64,000 bases of DNA from Candidatus Micrarchaeota archaeon. Its GTDB lineage: Archaea; Micrarchaeota; Micrarchaeia; Anstonellales; Bilamarchaeaceae. The stretch covers positions 32,001 through 96,000 of the forward strand of contig JBBSVN010000012.1 in NCBI GenBank assembly GCA_038046765.1, read 5' to 3'. Position 1 is the stretch's first letter. Each line of letters begins with the position of its first letter. Shown one piece after another: positions 8,262-19,213 of this stretch. Made by a program: the position numbers and the translations under genes. Below the pieces are notes generated by a model. It was not told the DNA's origin. It searched no databases and was given only the letters and a program-made list of their open reading frames with translations.

Positions 8262-10562
8262 CTAAACCCTTTGCGCAATCGTCGGTCCCAAATTAGATTT
8301 GTCCCTGGTTAGTACATAATTCGTTGCAAAATCACTTCCAGTTAATCCTTCTTCATGGCTAATTATTAACGTCTGTTCGATAACGCTTGGAACTTTAAAT
8401 TGCAAAGTATTTGAAAGAAGTTCAATCGCTTCGCTATCTAAATTGTGTGTTGGTTCATCTAAAATTAACCAACTTAAATTTGGTGTTAAAACTGTCGCTA
8501 ATGCAACGCGCAAAGTTAATGCAACACAAGCTCTTTCTCCTCCGCTAGCAACTGTTTCTAATTCCTTCCAGCCATTTTCAAGTATTTCTACATTGTAATC
8601 TTTTTCAGTTACATTTATCCTAATTGCCTTGTAGTTTCTATGCGGGTAAAATATATTCCAAATCTCGTTCATCGCATTATTTATTGCTTCAATTAAATTT
8701 GTTCTAAGTGAAATCTGCGTTTCTAATAATGCGTCCTTGTAGATACTCAATTCATTTTCAAGCTTTGATAAGTACTTAATTTCTAAGTCTATTTCCTTAA
8801 GGTGAATTAGTTCTTTATCCGTAATCTCATATATCTGTTGATAATCACCAACTTGTTTTTTTAATACTGCTAATGATCCAAAAATCTTTTCATAGTTAAT
8901 CTTTACATTTTCAAGTAAAACTCTTTTTTCCTCAAATACCTTATCGTCAAATTTAACCAGAGCAAGTTTCGTATTTATTTCTTCTAAATTTTTAGTTGTA
9001 TTTTCTATTTCCTTTTTCTTCTTAATTTCTGACTCCATTTTATTTTGTTCTAAAATAAGTTTTTCAATCTGGCTAGTTAGCTCGCTTAGATTTTTTTGCA
9101 TCTGTAATTTATTGTCTTCAATTATTTTTTGGTTTTCTGTCTTTGTAGTTGTTTCTTTTATGACTAAAGCCTCATCTATGAGTCCTTCTTTAAGCGCTTT
9201 TATCCGATCTGTTAAAAGTTCAGCTGATTTTAAATCTTTTTCAATTGTTTCAATGCTACTTCTAATTTGGCTAATCTTTAGTTCGATTTTCGGTAAAATT
9301 TCGTTATTCTCCCTAACAATTTTTTCTCTTTCATTTTTTATGTGTGATATTTTATCTGGATTTAATTCGCAGTTACATACTGGGCATACTGCGGCACTAT
9401 CCTGTAATTGTATTTTATTTGCTATGTCCTGTAACTCCTTGATTTTAGCTTTTCTTACTCCAAGTTCGGCTGTTAGTTCTGATGACTCTTTTGAAAGGGG
9501 ATCTTTTTTCAACTTTAGATCTGGGATACTGGCATTTTTTAATATAAGTTTTAACGAACTATCATATTTTGCTATCAGTTCGACTGAATTTTTGTTATTC
9601 TTTATTTTCTGTTCATTTGCAGCGATTTGTTTACTTATTTCTAATGATGCCTGATCTAGTGGTTTAATTTTTTCCATTACTTCTAGTCTATTTTTCTGTG
9701 TCTCTGTTCTTCTTGTTTTTAGTTCTTCCAAAACTACCTCTTGAACTTCTACATATCCTTTTTTCAAATTTTCAATTATAGCAGTTAATTTTATCTGCTG
9801 GTTTTTCAAGATTTCAAAACTATCTTTTAGTAACTTTAATTGGTCATACTCATCTTGAAAGTCTTTTCTTTTTACGCTCAATTCCCCAATCTCTTTTTCT
9901 AGTTCAGTTGCCCTCTGTTTTCCCTTATCCATTTCTAAGATTATTGTTTGTTTCTTTTCTTCTAATTCCTTTATTCTTAAGCTACTAAATTTTTCTGATA
10001 ATGTTTTGTTGCCAGATTTTATTCTGTTTATTACAGAAATAAGGTTTGTTCTAGCTGTTTCAAACTTATCTAAACCCAGTAGGTTATCAAGTTCCTGCTT
10101 TCTTCTTCTTGGTTCAACAGATAAAAAATAATCTATGTTGTTCTGGTCGCTGTAAATTGCTCTTGTAAATAAATCGTAGTCCACTTGTAATAATTGTTCA
10201 ATATATTCATTTACTGCTACTGGACCCTTATCCATTAACTGATCTTTCTTGTATACATAAGCATCAGTACTGGTTCCTCTTTTATCTTTCTTTATAATTC
10301 GTTCTACCTTGTAATTTTCTCCCCTGCAGTTAAAATTAAGTTCGATTTGTGCAGAATTTTCATTTAGTCGCAGTGTGTTTTCTAAGTTTAATTTTCTTTT
10401 TTCTAAACTAGGAAAAGTTCCAAATAATGCAAAACAGATCGCATCAAGTACGCTTGATTTTCCACTCCCCATACTTCCAATTAAAAGATTAGTTCCTTTG
10501 CTAAACGCTAAGTTGCTGTTTGCATGCGATCGCCAGTTTGTAAGTTTGATGGAAGTAAGCAT
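8262..10562 (-). CDS. rad50: DNA double-strand break repair ATPase Rad50
   Basis: Walker A GSMGSGKS, coiled coil with CPVC zinc hook, SGGE signature, LILDEPT Walker B. Confidence 0.9.
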   Translation of the reverse strand: MLTSIKLTNWRSHANSNLAFSKGTNLLIGSMGSGKSSVLDAICFALFGTFPSLEKRKLNLENTLRLNENSAQIELNFNCRGENYKVERIIKKDKRGTSTDAYVYKKDQLMDKGPVAVNEYIEQLLQVDYDLFTRAIYSDQNNIDYFLSVEPRRRKQELDNLLGLDKFETARTNLISVINRIKSGNKTLSEKFSSLRIKELEEKKQTIILEMDKGKQRATELEKEIGELSVKRKDFQDEYDQLKLLKDSFEILKNQQIKLTAIIENLKKGYVEVQEVVLEELKTRRTETQKNRLEVMEKIKPLDQASLEISKQIAANEQKIKNNKNSVELIAKYDSSLKLILKNASIPDLKLKKDPLSKESSELTAELGVRKAKIKELQDIANKIQLQDSAAVCPVCNCELNPDKISHIKNEREKIVRENNEILPKIELKISQIRSSIETIEKDLKSAELLTDRIKALKEGLIDEALVIKETTTKTENQKIIEDNKLQMQKNLSELTSQIEKLILEQNKMESEIKKKKEIENTTKNLEEINTKLALVKFDDKVFEEKRVLLENVKINYEKIFGSLAVLKKQVGDYQQIYEITDKELIHLKEIDLEIKYLSKLENELSIYKDALLETQISLRTNLIEAINNAMNEIWNIFYPHRNYKAIRINVTEKDYNVEILENGWKELETVASGGERACVALTLRVALATVLTPNLSWLILDEPTHNLDSEAIELLSNTLQFKVPSVIEQTLIISHEEGLTGSDFATNYVLTRDKSNLGPTIAQRV

Positions 10563-10618
10563 ACATCAAGTAATTTATATGGTTAAAAATAAAGAGACAT
10601 CTGTTCTGCTGGTTTTTA

Positions 10619-11496
10619 CTATCTAAAAACAGTATATCTGCAAACTTCAGGGTCGTTTACCTTTGCAATAATTTCAGCGTTTCCTTCGTTTACAAGGCGT
10701 TCGTAATACGTATTTGTTGAAGCAAGGTCTAAACCAACTATGAAACTATTTTTATCTTTTAGTAATCCGCGTAACTTTGTTAAAAATTGTTTTACGAGTA
10801 CGGATCCGGTTTCGGGATTATGGAATTCTTTAATAAAGTGCATTACATTTGCGAGGAATATTCGGTCGAACTTACGACTTTTTAATTTTTCTAATCCTTC
10901 GGGTAATGTTGTCTGGATTATGTTATATCTGTCTGCAAGTATCTTCGCCCGAGTTTTTGCATAAATTTCTTCATTTTTTAAGTGTGGAAAGAAATGCGTT
11001 CCTATATCTTGTTCTTCTAAGGTGATGTTACAACTATCACTTACACGGTGATGTTCATTATTAACATCTAATCCCGCCTGATTGAAAATATCAATTAAGA
11101 TATCTCGTTCATGACTTGATAAACAATCTTTAAGAAACAGGATTGAATTGCTACGCAAGTAGTCATATGCTTGATTAAGATTTACTATAAACCTACTTGC
11201 TAACAATAATTTTAATAATTCGAGAAATTCCGCTCTGCTAAATTCAGTTGTAGCCATTCTTGTTAATCTGTTATAAATAATCTGCTCTTTACTTGCATCT
11301 ATCGCAACAACTTCCCTTACCTTTGGAAGCATAGCTAGTCCCAACCATAAGCTGCGATCGTTAGGACACTATGGTGTGGTTGTAAATCCATAATCTCGAG
11401 CGTTTTAGGAACTCGTGTTAGTGGGCAGCCCCAGCTGAGTCTGCCTTTGGCAATGTTTAATGGTTTAACTGGTTTAATTATCGGTTCTGCTACCAT
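10619..11496 (-). pseudogene. Frameshifted SAM-dependent methyltransferase-fold (DUF3419/BtaA-like) gene
   Basis: MVAEPII...VLTIAAYG continues in another frame as LGLAMLPKVREVVAID...FDRIFLAN; apparent 1-nt loss near 11343. Confidence 0.6.
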
Positions 11497-11570
11497 AAAT
11501 ATACTCCACAATATTAATCTAAACAACACTTTATAAATTCTTCTTACCTTATTATAATTGGTGAGATTAA

Positions 11571-12212
11571 ATGCAAGCACAACATTTACTAATTCCAGGT
11601 CAAAGAAGAATCAATAAAATGGAATATCCTGGTTTTAAGAATGACTTAAAAAAAGCTGGGTTTCGTGTTGAAGTTGGGTTAAATGAATTTAGTTATGGTC
11701 TAAAAACAAATCATTTTTTTCATGATCCTGGTTTTAATTTAGCTGTTAATGCCCTACATACTCCTGATAAAAAAGAAACAATTGTAAGCGCCGAATTGAC
11801 AATGGTGTGGAGACCAGCTCTCCAACTTAATAGTGTCATAATTGAAGGTTTTCAGGAAAAAGCACATACTGTAGATTTACCTAATGGATATCAATACGCT
11901 GCTTTTCTAGTCGTTCCAAAAACAGTTGAATTATTAGTTGAAAATGCCTTAAAATTAGGTAAATTTATTGCTGGACTAGAGGAACATCCATTAATTGAAG
12001 GTATTGAAGACAATCCGAAGGAAATTGTCTATAATAATCGTTGGTATAGTCAACGGATCCAAAACGCTTCAATTCCAGCTGAGGCTAAATCAATTGAGTT
12101 AGAGTGGGCTAGGGTACGAGATTTTATATGCGCTAGTATAGCTCATAAAGTCGGAGTTCTGCGACTCGACCAAAATTTAATTGAAGTTATGGCGTTTGTC
12201 ACAAATAAATAA
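11571..12212 (+). CDS. Hypothetical protein
   Basis: 213-aa ORF with GGTGA RBS. Confidence 0.7.
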   Translation: MQAQHLLIPGQRRINKMEYPGFKNDLKKAGFRVEVGLNEFSYGLKTNHFFHDPGFNLAVNALHTPDKKETIVSAELTMVWRPALQLNSVIIEGFQEKAHTVDLPNGYQYAAFLVVPKTVELLVENALKLGKFIAGLEEHPLIEGIEDNPKEIVYNNRWYSQRIQNASIPAEAKSIELEWARVRDFICASIAHKVGVLRLDQNLIEVMAFVTNK

Positions 12213-12226
12213 TTTTTGGTATTTTT

Positions 12227-13054
12227 ATGTCACAAACAAAATCACAAACATTTGCTCCTCACGTAAAACGAGAAGACGTTTATTCAAGACTTGGAGGGCC
12301 TACTTTAAGGTTGCTACAAAGACTTAAGGCGATTCCTGAGGAGAACGGTGCGGTTTCAAGATTCAAAGAAACTAAACTTGATCAATTGAATCTAGATGCA
12401 ATATCTCGTATTTGGTCAAGTGATCCAAATGAATTAGCAACAATTCATGAAAGAGTTTATAGCGAATTGGCTGATTCTAGAAGGTGCAAATCTTCCAGAA
12501 TGGATGAAGAAATTAAACGCGGAGTTTTAGAACTAACCGCGTTTCCATTTATCGTAGCTGATGTCGTCCTAGATCTAGCTTTAATGGACGAAGAAGAAAT
12601 AAAACGAAAATTTCCTTGTCCAAAATTCTTCACTCAAGATGAAAGAAATGTTTTTGCAGTTGCAATGCACTCTGCTATAGAAGCGACTGCTAAAGAAGAC
12701 CTTAAAAATTTCTTGAAAACTCATGTAAGCAGTTTTTACCCTCACAACTTCCCAGAAGTAGGGGTATTAAAGACCAGGATTGCTTTTCTTGAAAGTGTTG
12801 CTAATGATTTTACTGATCAAAAAACGCGCTACTTAATGCAAGACCGATATGATATGTGTAATCGTTTTCATATTAAGACCAAATCTACAGAAGATTTATA
12901 TGCCGACCTTAGTATGTATCCGCGAGGTGGAAGGCTAGCTTTAATAGAAGTTCTAAGTTGGAATGGGGGGCTTGACCGTGAATCTAGAATTAAGTTGGAA
13001 GCACTCGATCTTGAGTATCAGGTTCTTGGTCTAGGTCTTTCAAACAGTGATTAA
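12227..13054 (+). CDS. Hypothetical protein
   Basis: 275-aa ORF; no recognised motif. Confidence 0.7.
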   Translation: MSQTKSQTFAPHVKREDVYSRLGGPTLRLLQRLKAIPEENGAVSRFKETKLDQLNLDAISRIWSSDPNELATIHERVYSELADSRRCKSSRMDEEIKRGVLELTAFPFIVADVVLDLALMDEEEIKRKFPCPKFFTQDERNVFAVAMHSAIEATAKEDLKNFLKTHVSSFYPHNFPEVGVLKTRIAFLESVANDFTDQKTRYLMQDRYDMCNRFHIKTKSTEDLYADLSMYPRGGRLALIEVLSWNGGLDRESRIKLEALDLEYQVLGLGLSNSD

Positions 13055-13179
13055 TTTAGTTACTAGACAAAATTCTTCTTACATATGTTAACTATATCAT
13101 TTCGTCTTTCGTCGTATCTTCCAGCGTCAATCAACAATCTTTTTAAACCAATCTTAGCACATAAATACTGTTGATTTCT

Positions 13180-14274
13180 ATGCGCTTAGTCGTAAAACTC
13201 GGCAGTTCCTTAGTTACTGCAAAAAACGGAATAGATTCTCATTTAATAAAGAAAATCGCTGATGAAATCTGTTCTTTAAGCGAACACGATTTTGTCATTG
13301 TTACTTCTGGAGCAATATCTACTGGGATGCGTAAACTTGGGATAAAAGAAAAACCAAGAGACATTGCATTACATCAAGCACTGGCCGCAGTAGGCCAAGG
13401 TTCACTCATGCGAGCTTACGAGAGAATATTCGCAGATCGAAAAATTTTAGCCCAAGTTCTTTTAACAAATAATGACTTCTGTAACCGTTTACAATACCTA
13501 AACATTCAACACACATTAAACATGCTAATTTCAAAACATGTAGTTCCAATAATAAACGAAAACGATACGGTAACTGCCCAAGATATAAAGAAAGTCGCCT
13601 TTGGAGATAACGATTCGCTAGCAGCTCAAGTCGCAGTTGCTATAGATGCGGATATGCTAATTATCTTAACGGATGTTGATGGGTTATACGATCGAAATCC
13701 AAAAGATTCGCAAGCAAAATTAATTCGTGAAGTTAATGATTTTGACGATGCTTTTTTAGAATCTGCTTGTAGCACCTGTGGTGAACTAGGTCGAGGAGGA
13801 ATGTCTGCAAAAGTTAAAGCTGCAAAAATGGCAACATTAGGAGATGTAAAAGTTATTGTAGCTAAAGGAACAGAAATTAATGTGATTAAAAAAACAATTA
13901 ACCATGAAGTTGGTACTGCATTCTATCCACCTAAAAATAATGATCAATTATCTGCTCATAAAAACTGGATTGCGTTTGCTAGTGAAATAAAGGGGAAAAT
14001 ATTTGTAAAAGGAAGTACAGAAACAACTTGCAATTTAACTAGCGTAGTTTTGCCAAGCGAAGTAGTTTCTGCTGAAGGAGATTTTGAGAAAGGAGATGTA
14101 GTTGAAGTAATTTGTAATGAAAAGCGAATTGCAAGAGGAATGAGTAACTATTCCGTTTACGATCTAAACCGGGTTAAAGGATTGGAAGAAAATGATATTT
14201 TTAAAATCTTAGGCTATGCTTATAGGGAAGTAATTTCACAAAGTAATCTGGTGAAAACCAATGGAAAACATTAA
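13180..14274 (+). CDS. proB: Glutamate 5-kinase with PUA domain
   Basis: VVKLGSS, AAVGQ, INEND, FGDND, GGMSAK. Confidence 0.96.
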   Translation: MRLVVKLGSSLVTAKNGIDSHLIKKIADEICSLSEHDFVIVTSGAISTGMRKLGIKEKPRDIALHQALAAVGQGSLMRAYERIFADRKILAQVLLTNNDFCNRLQYLNIQHTLNMLISKHVVPIINENDTVTAQDIKKVAFGDNDSLAAQVAVAIDADMLIILTDVDGLYDRNPKDSQAKLIREVNDFDDAFLESACSTCGELGRGGMSAKVKAAKMATLGDVKVIVAKGTEINVIKKTINHEVGTAFYPPKNNDQLSAHKNWIAFASEIKGKIFVKGSTETTCNLTSVVLPSEVVSAEGDFEKGDVVEVICNEKRIARGMSNYSVYDLNRVKGLEENDIFKILGYAYREVISQSNLVKTNGKH

Positions 14275-15523
14275 CCAAGTCGATTCTTACGTAATTGATC
14301 TTCTTAAGCGAAGTAAATCTGCTAGTTCTTCCCTTGCATTACTTAGTACAAAAGAAAAAAATGAGTACTTAATGAAAATGGCCGATTCCTTAGAAAAAAA
14401 TAGCGAACAAATTCTAAAAGCAAATAGAATTGATGTAGAAAATGCAGTAAAAGAAAAAACTTCAGAAAGCTTAATTGATAGATTACGATTAACAAAAGAA
14501 CGTATATATTCAATTGCAAAAGATGTCCGATTTGTTGCGAGTTTAGCTGATCCTATTGGCGAAGGCGAAGTATGGAAAGTACCAAATGGATTGGAAATTA
14601 AACGATTACGCGTTCCACTTGGAGTTGTTGCGATTATTTATGAATCTAGGCCCAACGTAACAGTCGATGTTGCCTCGTTATGTTTAAAAACAGGTAATTC
14701 CTGCGTATTAAGAGGGAGTTCGAGTGCGCTTAATTCTAATCGAGCGATCGTTTCTGCGATTTCTAAAGTACTCCCATCTGATGCAGCACTTTTAATTGAT
14801 AGCGAAGATCGAAAAGTAGTCGATACGTTAATGCATGCCAGAGGCTATGTTGACGTTTTAATTCCGAGGGGCGGAGCGAATTTAATTAAACATGTAACAG
14901 AAAACGCAACTGTTCCAGTTATTGAAACAGGGAGCGGTAATTGTCATATATTTATTGATGAATCAGCAGATTTAGAAAAAGCAGAAAAGATTGTTCTTAA
15001 CGCTAAAACACAACGACCCGGAGTTTGCAATGCTGCTGAAAAATTATTAATTCATAAAAATGTTGTTAAAGAATTTTTACCTAAAGTTGCAAAAGCGTTA
15101 AACGACAAAAAGGTCGAGCTAAGAGCGGATAAAGAATGTAAAACGATTCTCGATTCGCAAAAAATCCCATGCAAGTTCGCAACAGAAGAAGATTGGCCAA
15201 AGGAATATTTAGATTTAATCATCGGCATAAAAGTTGTAAATAGTCTAGATGAAGCAATTGCTCATATTAACAAATATAACACAAAACATACCGAAGCAAT
15301 TCTAACGAACAACGTAACAAATGCGAATAAGTTTGCAAAAGAAATCGATGCTTCAACCGTAATGATTAATGCTTCAACAAGATTTACCGATGGCGGAGAA
15401 TTTGGTTTTGGTGCTGAAGTAGGAATTAGCACACAAAAAATGCATGCAAGGGGCCCAATGGGACTAAAGGAATTGACTACTTATAAATATGTTGTAACTG
15501 GAGAAGGACAAGTTAGGGGATAA
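14261..15523 (+). CDS. proA: Gamma-glutamyl phosphate reductase
   Basis: IYESRPNVT, PGVCNAAE, NASTRFTDG, STQKMHARGPMGL. Confidence 0.97.
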   Translation: MENINQVDSYVIDLLKRSKSASSSLALLSTKEKNEYLMKMADSLEKNSEQILKANRIDVENAVKEKTSESLIDRLRLTKERIYSIAKDVRFVASLADPIGEGEVWKVPNGLEIKRLRVPLGVVAIIYESRPNVTVDVASLCLKTGNSCVLRGSSSALNSNRAIVSAISKVLPSDAALLIDSEDRKVVDTLMHARGYVDVLIPRGGANLIKHVTENATVPVIETGSGNCHIFIDESADLEKAEKIVLNAKTQRPGVCNAAEKLLIHKNVVKEFLPKVAKALNDKKVELRADKECKTILDSQKIPCKFATEEDWPKEYLDLIIGIKVVNSLDEAIAHINKYNTKHTEAILTNNVTNANKFAKEIDASTVMINASTRFTDGGEFGFGAEVGISTQKMHARGPMGLKELTTYKYVVTGEGQVRG

Positions 15524-15525
15524 CA

Positions 15526-16392
15526 TTAATACAAATATCCCTTATACTGTCCTACAAAAACTTCAAACAGATACCTGATAAATGGTCTATACTTTTTATC
15601 GTAATCAAACTTCTGCAGCATCAAATAGTAAATTGTTTTTTGATCGTTAAAAATATTTAACAACGGATAGTTTGCTTTAAACAAAACAAAATTCATAAGT
15701 AGTCTTGCCATTCTTCCGTTTCCATCTCTAAATGGGTGAATCCGGACAAATTTTAAATGAACTAGAGAAGCTAGTTCAAAAGGATGAAGCTGACTCTTAG
15801 CTTGATTATGCCAGGAAATAAATTGCTGCATTAAAACAGGTACATCTGCAAAATTTGGACAAACGTAGTTTCCAACACGAACGTTTACATTTCTGTATTT
15901 TCCAGCATCATTCATTATTTCTTTTTGTTCGATGTAATGCAATTTTAAAATCATTTCCTCTGTCATTTCTCCTTGATAATCAAAAAGAAAATCAATACAT
16001 TCGCGCATATTTTCTACTTCTTTGATATCTCGTTCTTTCCCTTTAGTATTAATCTTCTTGCCAAGTAAAATTGTTTCTGTTTCCTCGATTGTAAGTGTAT
16101 TGCCTTCAATTGCATTTGTGTTGTAGATAAAACTCACAATACGTTCTCGCTCTTCCTTCCAAAGATTTTTGCTTATCGAATGTTTTTTTGAGTAATTGCT
16201 AGCTACTATTTTCAATATTTCTGTTTCTTTTTTTGTAAGTTTCGATTGAGCGATCTTTTTGGTTGGCAGTTGATTTGGTGGATGTGTTCCAATATATTTT
16301 CTTATTTTTTTAAATTTCCCGTCAACTCTTTTAGTTTCTGTTAAATAGTAATATGGCTTTCCTTTGATAATTTTCTTTTCCAAATATGTCAT
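15526..16392 (-). CDS. Fic family protein
   Basis: HPFRDGNGRMAR and TNAIEGN motifs; basic N-terminal domain. Confidence 0.93.
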   Translation of the reverse strand: MTYLEKKIIKGKPYYYLTETKRVDGKFKKIRKYIGTHPPNQLPTKKIAQSKLTKKETEILKIVASNYSKKHSISKNLWKEERERIVSFIYNTNAIEGNTLTIEETETILLGKKINTKGKERDIKEVENMRECIDFLFDYQGEMTEEMILKLHYIEQKEIMNDAGKYRNVNVRVGNYVCPNFADVPVLMQQFISWHNQAKSQLHPFELASLVHLKFVRIHPFRDGNGRMARLLMNFVLFKANYPLLNIFNDQKTIYYLMLQKFDYDKKYRPFIRYLFEVFVGQYKGYLY

Positions 16393-16401
16393 GAATAGTT
16401 A

Positions 16402-16437
16402 GGGGGCACAAGTATTTTAAATAGAATTGGGGGCACA
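16402..16437. promoter_or_regulatory. Direct repeat GGGGGCACA x2 flanking a TATA-like element upstream of fic
   Basis: Copies at 16402-16410 and 16429-16437. Confidence 0.45.
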
Positions 16438-16506
16438 GAAGTGGATAACTGATCGTTCCCAGTTTTGGGTTTAATGTTTTGGAATTTAGAAAGAATAAGA
16501 AAAAAT

Positions 16507-16890
16507 TTAAGATTTCATAAATTTAGGGTGCTCAGTCAAAAATTTCTGAACGATCGGATCCCCTATATCTGAAACATACAATCTAACTGAGGAAACTAAT
16601 AATTGATCTGCTGGATATATTGAATCTCCATCGAAGATGAGTCTAAATCCAAGTTCGGGGGTCCATTCAATTCCGTTCGTGCGACCTTCTGTTTTTTTAG
16701 GATCAGGGGTTATCCGCGTTACGCTAATTTTATTTTCTTCTATTTGAACAGAATAACTTATGGATTTGGGTTCTCCATCTGTTTTAGGAAGCCTAGTTCT
16801 CTTTGAAGGTGTACCTAACAAATAAGGTTGCTCTGGTGATTTAAGTTTTTCAAGTTTTTTAGGTCTGTGGTTTCTACCCATAGAAGTCAT
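16507..16890 (-). CDS. Hypothetical protein
   Basis: 127-aa ORF filling the intergenic space. Confidence 0.55.
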   Translation of the reverse strand: MTSMGRNHRPKKLEKLKSPEQPYLLGTPSKRTRLPKTDGEPKSISYSVQIEENKISVTRITPDPKKTEGRTNGIEWTPELGFRLIFDGDSIYPADQLLVSSVRLYVSDIGDPIVQKFLTEHPKFMKS

Positions 16891-17069
16891 CTATTACATA
16901 ACTTGGTTGAATCTGTTTTTAAACCCTTATTTTTCATAAAAAGAAACATAAAATATTCTTTGACACGAAATAAAAGCTTTCATTAGTAATGAATACTAGT
17001 TTGCAGCGGCAGTACACACTTTCGATAATGCTTAAAGTGCTATCTATCAATCTAATATCGCTGATATTT

Positions 17070-17846
17070 ATGTCAACAATCGGGATTATCGGAGCTGGAA
17101 GATTGGGAAGCGCATTTGCAGAAGCTTTTGCTAAAAGCTATAAAATAATTGTTAGTGATCCAAATAAAGAAAATCTTGAGCGATTTAAGAAAATCAAAAA
17201 CATACAAACAACTACTGATAATATCGAACTCGCTACTAAAAGTGATTTTGTACTAATTGCAGTCAAACCAAAAGATTTTGATTTAGTTGTTGCACCAATA
17301 GCAAAAGCACTAGAAAATAAACTACTTATTTCATTCGCTGCTGCAGTAAACATAAATCGAATCGAGTCCTTAGGAATAAAAAATGTTATTCGAGTTATGC
17401 CAAATATTTGCGTTTCTGTAGATGAAGGATTACTTGCTTATTCGCTTGGTAAACATGCGAGTACCTACGAAAAACAATTCTTAGACTCTTTTTCTAAAAT
17501 AGGAAAATGTCTAAAGATGGACGAAAAACTAATCGATCCAATAACTGTGTGTTCGGGTTCTGGCCCAGCTTTTATTGCATATTTTGCTGATGCAATCGCA
17601 GAAGAAGCGAAATCGAACGGATTAGATTACGAATTAGCGATGCAAGCAGTTGCCCAGACTTTAGTTGGAACCGGGAAACTTCTTCTATCTGGCAAGCGTG
17701 CGCAAGAAATAATTACACAAGTGGCTTCGCCAGGAGGAGTAACTGAAGAAGGATTAAAAATTCTTGATAAAAATCAGGTAAAAGAAAAAATTAAGGAATC
17801 AATTCGCTTTGCGATGAAAAAGACGATTGAGATGGGAAAGAAATAA
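17070..17846 (+). CDS. proC: Pyrroline-5-carboxylate reductase
   Basis: IGAGRLG, RVMPN, SGSGPAF, VASPGGVT; start moved to ATG 17070. Confidence 0.95.
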   Translation: MSTIGIIGAGRLGSAFAEAFAKSYKIIVSDPNKENLERFKKIKNIQTTTDNIELATKSDFVLIAVKPKDFDLVVAPIAKALENKLLISFAAAVNINRIESLGIKNVIRVMPNICVSVDEGLLAYSLGKHASTYEKQFLDSFSKIGKCLKMDEKLIDPITVCSGSGPAFIAYFADAIAEEAKSNGLDYELAMQAVAQTLVGTGKLLLSGKRAQEIITQVASPGGVTEEGLKILDKNQVKEKIKESIRFAMKKTIEMGKK

Positions 17847-18401
17847 TTAACTAGGTAATCTTTTGGCAGCTAATCTAGGTACGCGTATATTCGCTTCTGA
17901 TCTACTGCGATAACCCCTTATTATTATTTCAAAATTCGATCTTTTACTGTAAAGTTCGTCTAATGGAATTTTACCTTTCATAAAATCAGCACATTTTTCA
18001 TAAACTCCGTACTCTTTTAGTTTTGGTGCGTATAATTTCAATACTTCTTGCTTAGATAAATAGGCTGAAACTGCTCTAACTAAAGCGTTTAAATCTACTA
18101 TGGTAAAAACACGTCCATCAGCTACTTCGGTATTTACATATCTTAAAAATTCGGTAATCTTGGCTAATTGGTTCTGTTCGCTTATATTTGATTTATCGCA
18201 CGCGATTATGTGGTCTGGATTTACAATTCTGATTCCATGCTGATTGGATAATACTATTGACCATTTTTTGTTTGCTACATCATAACTCGATGCATCTACT
18301 CTATAAATATATTTTGAAATTTCCACTGGTTCTGCATCATCTACTACTGCCTGAACTATATTGAAAACCAGAGTACCAATACTAAACGGAGGGAAATTCA
18401 T
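17847..18401 (-). CDS. Hypothetical protein
   Basis: ORF; probable start at ATG 18401. Confidence 0.55.
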   Translation of the reverse strand: MNFPPFSIGTLVFNIVQAVVDDAEPVEISKYIYRVDASSYDVANKKWSIVLSNQHGIRIVNPDHIIACDKSNISEQNQLAKITEFLRYVNTEVADGRVFTIVDLNALVRAVSAYLSKQEVLKLYAPKLKEYGVYEKCADFMKGKIPLDELYSKRSNFEIIIRGYRSRSEANIRVPRLAAKRLPS

Positions 18402-18515
18402 TATAAATAAATGTTTAAAAGTGTTTTTAAATGCTAAGGAAAATCTATAAACGTGCGGATTCCAGACGAATCTTTTTAAAGTCAAAGTGAATAAACCTTC
18501 ACATAGGTAACTTTT

Positions 18516-19208
18516 ATGTTTAAAACTTGGTTAAAGTCATTTGGGTTTGTTCTGTTAGTTATGATTTCACTTCTTTTACTATATACTGCATACGATAAAC
18601 AAACAAAAACATTACAGTTTGAAAAAGTAATTACTGTACTTTCATTTAGTGATACGAAACTCTCTTTAAACGAATTAAATAAAATCACTGCGCTTGGTGC
18701 GATTGGAATCATTGCAATCGTATTCATGCTGGGTCCTTTATCCAAGTTTTTTCCAAAAATATTTGCGCATTATTTAATTTATAGAAAACCAGTCGGTCTA
18801 ATCGGGTTTGCATTTGCATTAATTCATAGCGTTTATTCTGCTTATGTTTTCTATAGTTTTAATCTAGATAAAATAATCTCGGGAGGAAGAATTATCCCAT
18901 TTACAGCAGGATTACTTTCTCTGTTTATATTTTTCCTTATGGCAGTAACTTCTACAGAGTCAGCAGTTAAAAAACTTGGATATAAAAACTGGAAAGTACT
19001 ACAAACATTCGGTTACATCGGTTTACTGTTCGCAGTTGTACATTTTTTTGTAATCGAAACAAAGCCAGTTATCGGGTTTGATGTCCGGCCTTATGGAGTT
19101 GCATTTTTTGTTATTGCGGTTGTCGCACTTTTACTAAGACTATTTTTGGTATTCGTGCAGGTAAAAGAAAGAAAAGCTTATCATGAACACTTTGGGCAGA
19201 AGAAATAA
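18516..19208 (+). CDS. Ferric-reductase-like transmembrane protein (MsrQ/YedZ-like)
   Basis: RKPVGL...ALIH, MAVTS...WKVLQ...Y...VH; about 6 TM helices. Confidence 0.8.
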   Translation: MFKTWLKSFGFVLLVMISLLLLYTAYDKQTKTLQFEKVITVLSFSDTKLSLNELNKITALGAIGIIAIVFMLGPLSKFFPKIFAHYLIYRKPVGLIGFAFALIHSVYSAYVFYSFNLDKIISGGRIIPFTAGLLSLFIFFLMAVTSTESAVKKLGYKNWKVLQTFGYIGLLFAVVHFFVIETKPVIGFDVRPYGVAFFVIAVVALLLRLFLVFVQVKERKAYHEHFGQKK

Positions 19209-19213
19209 TCGAA

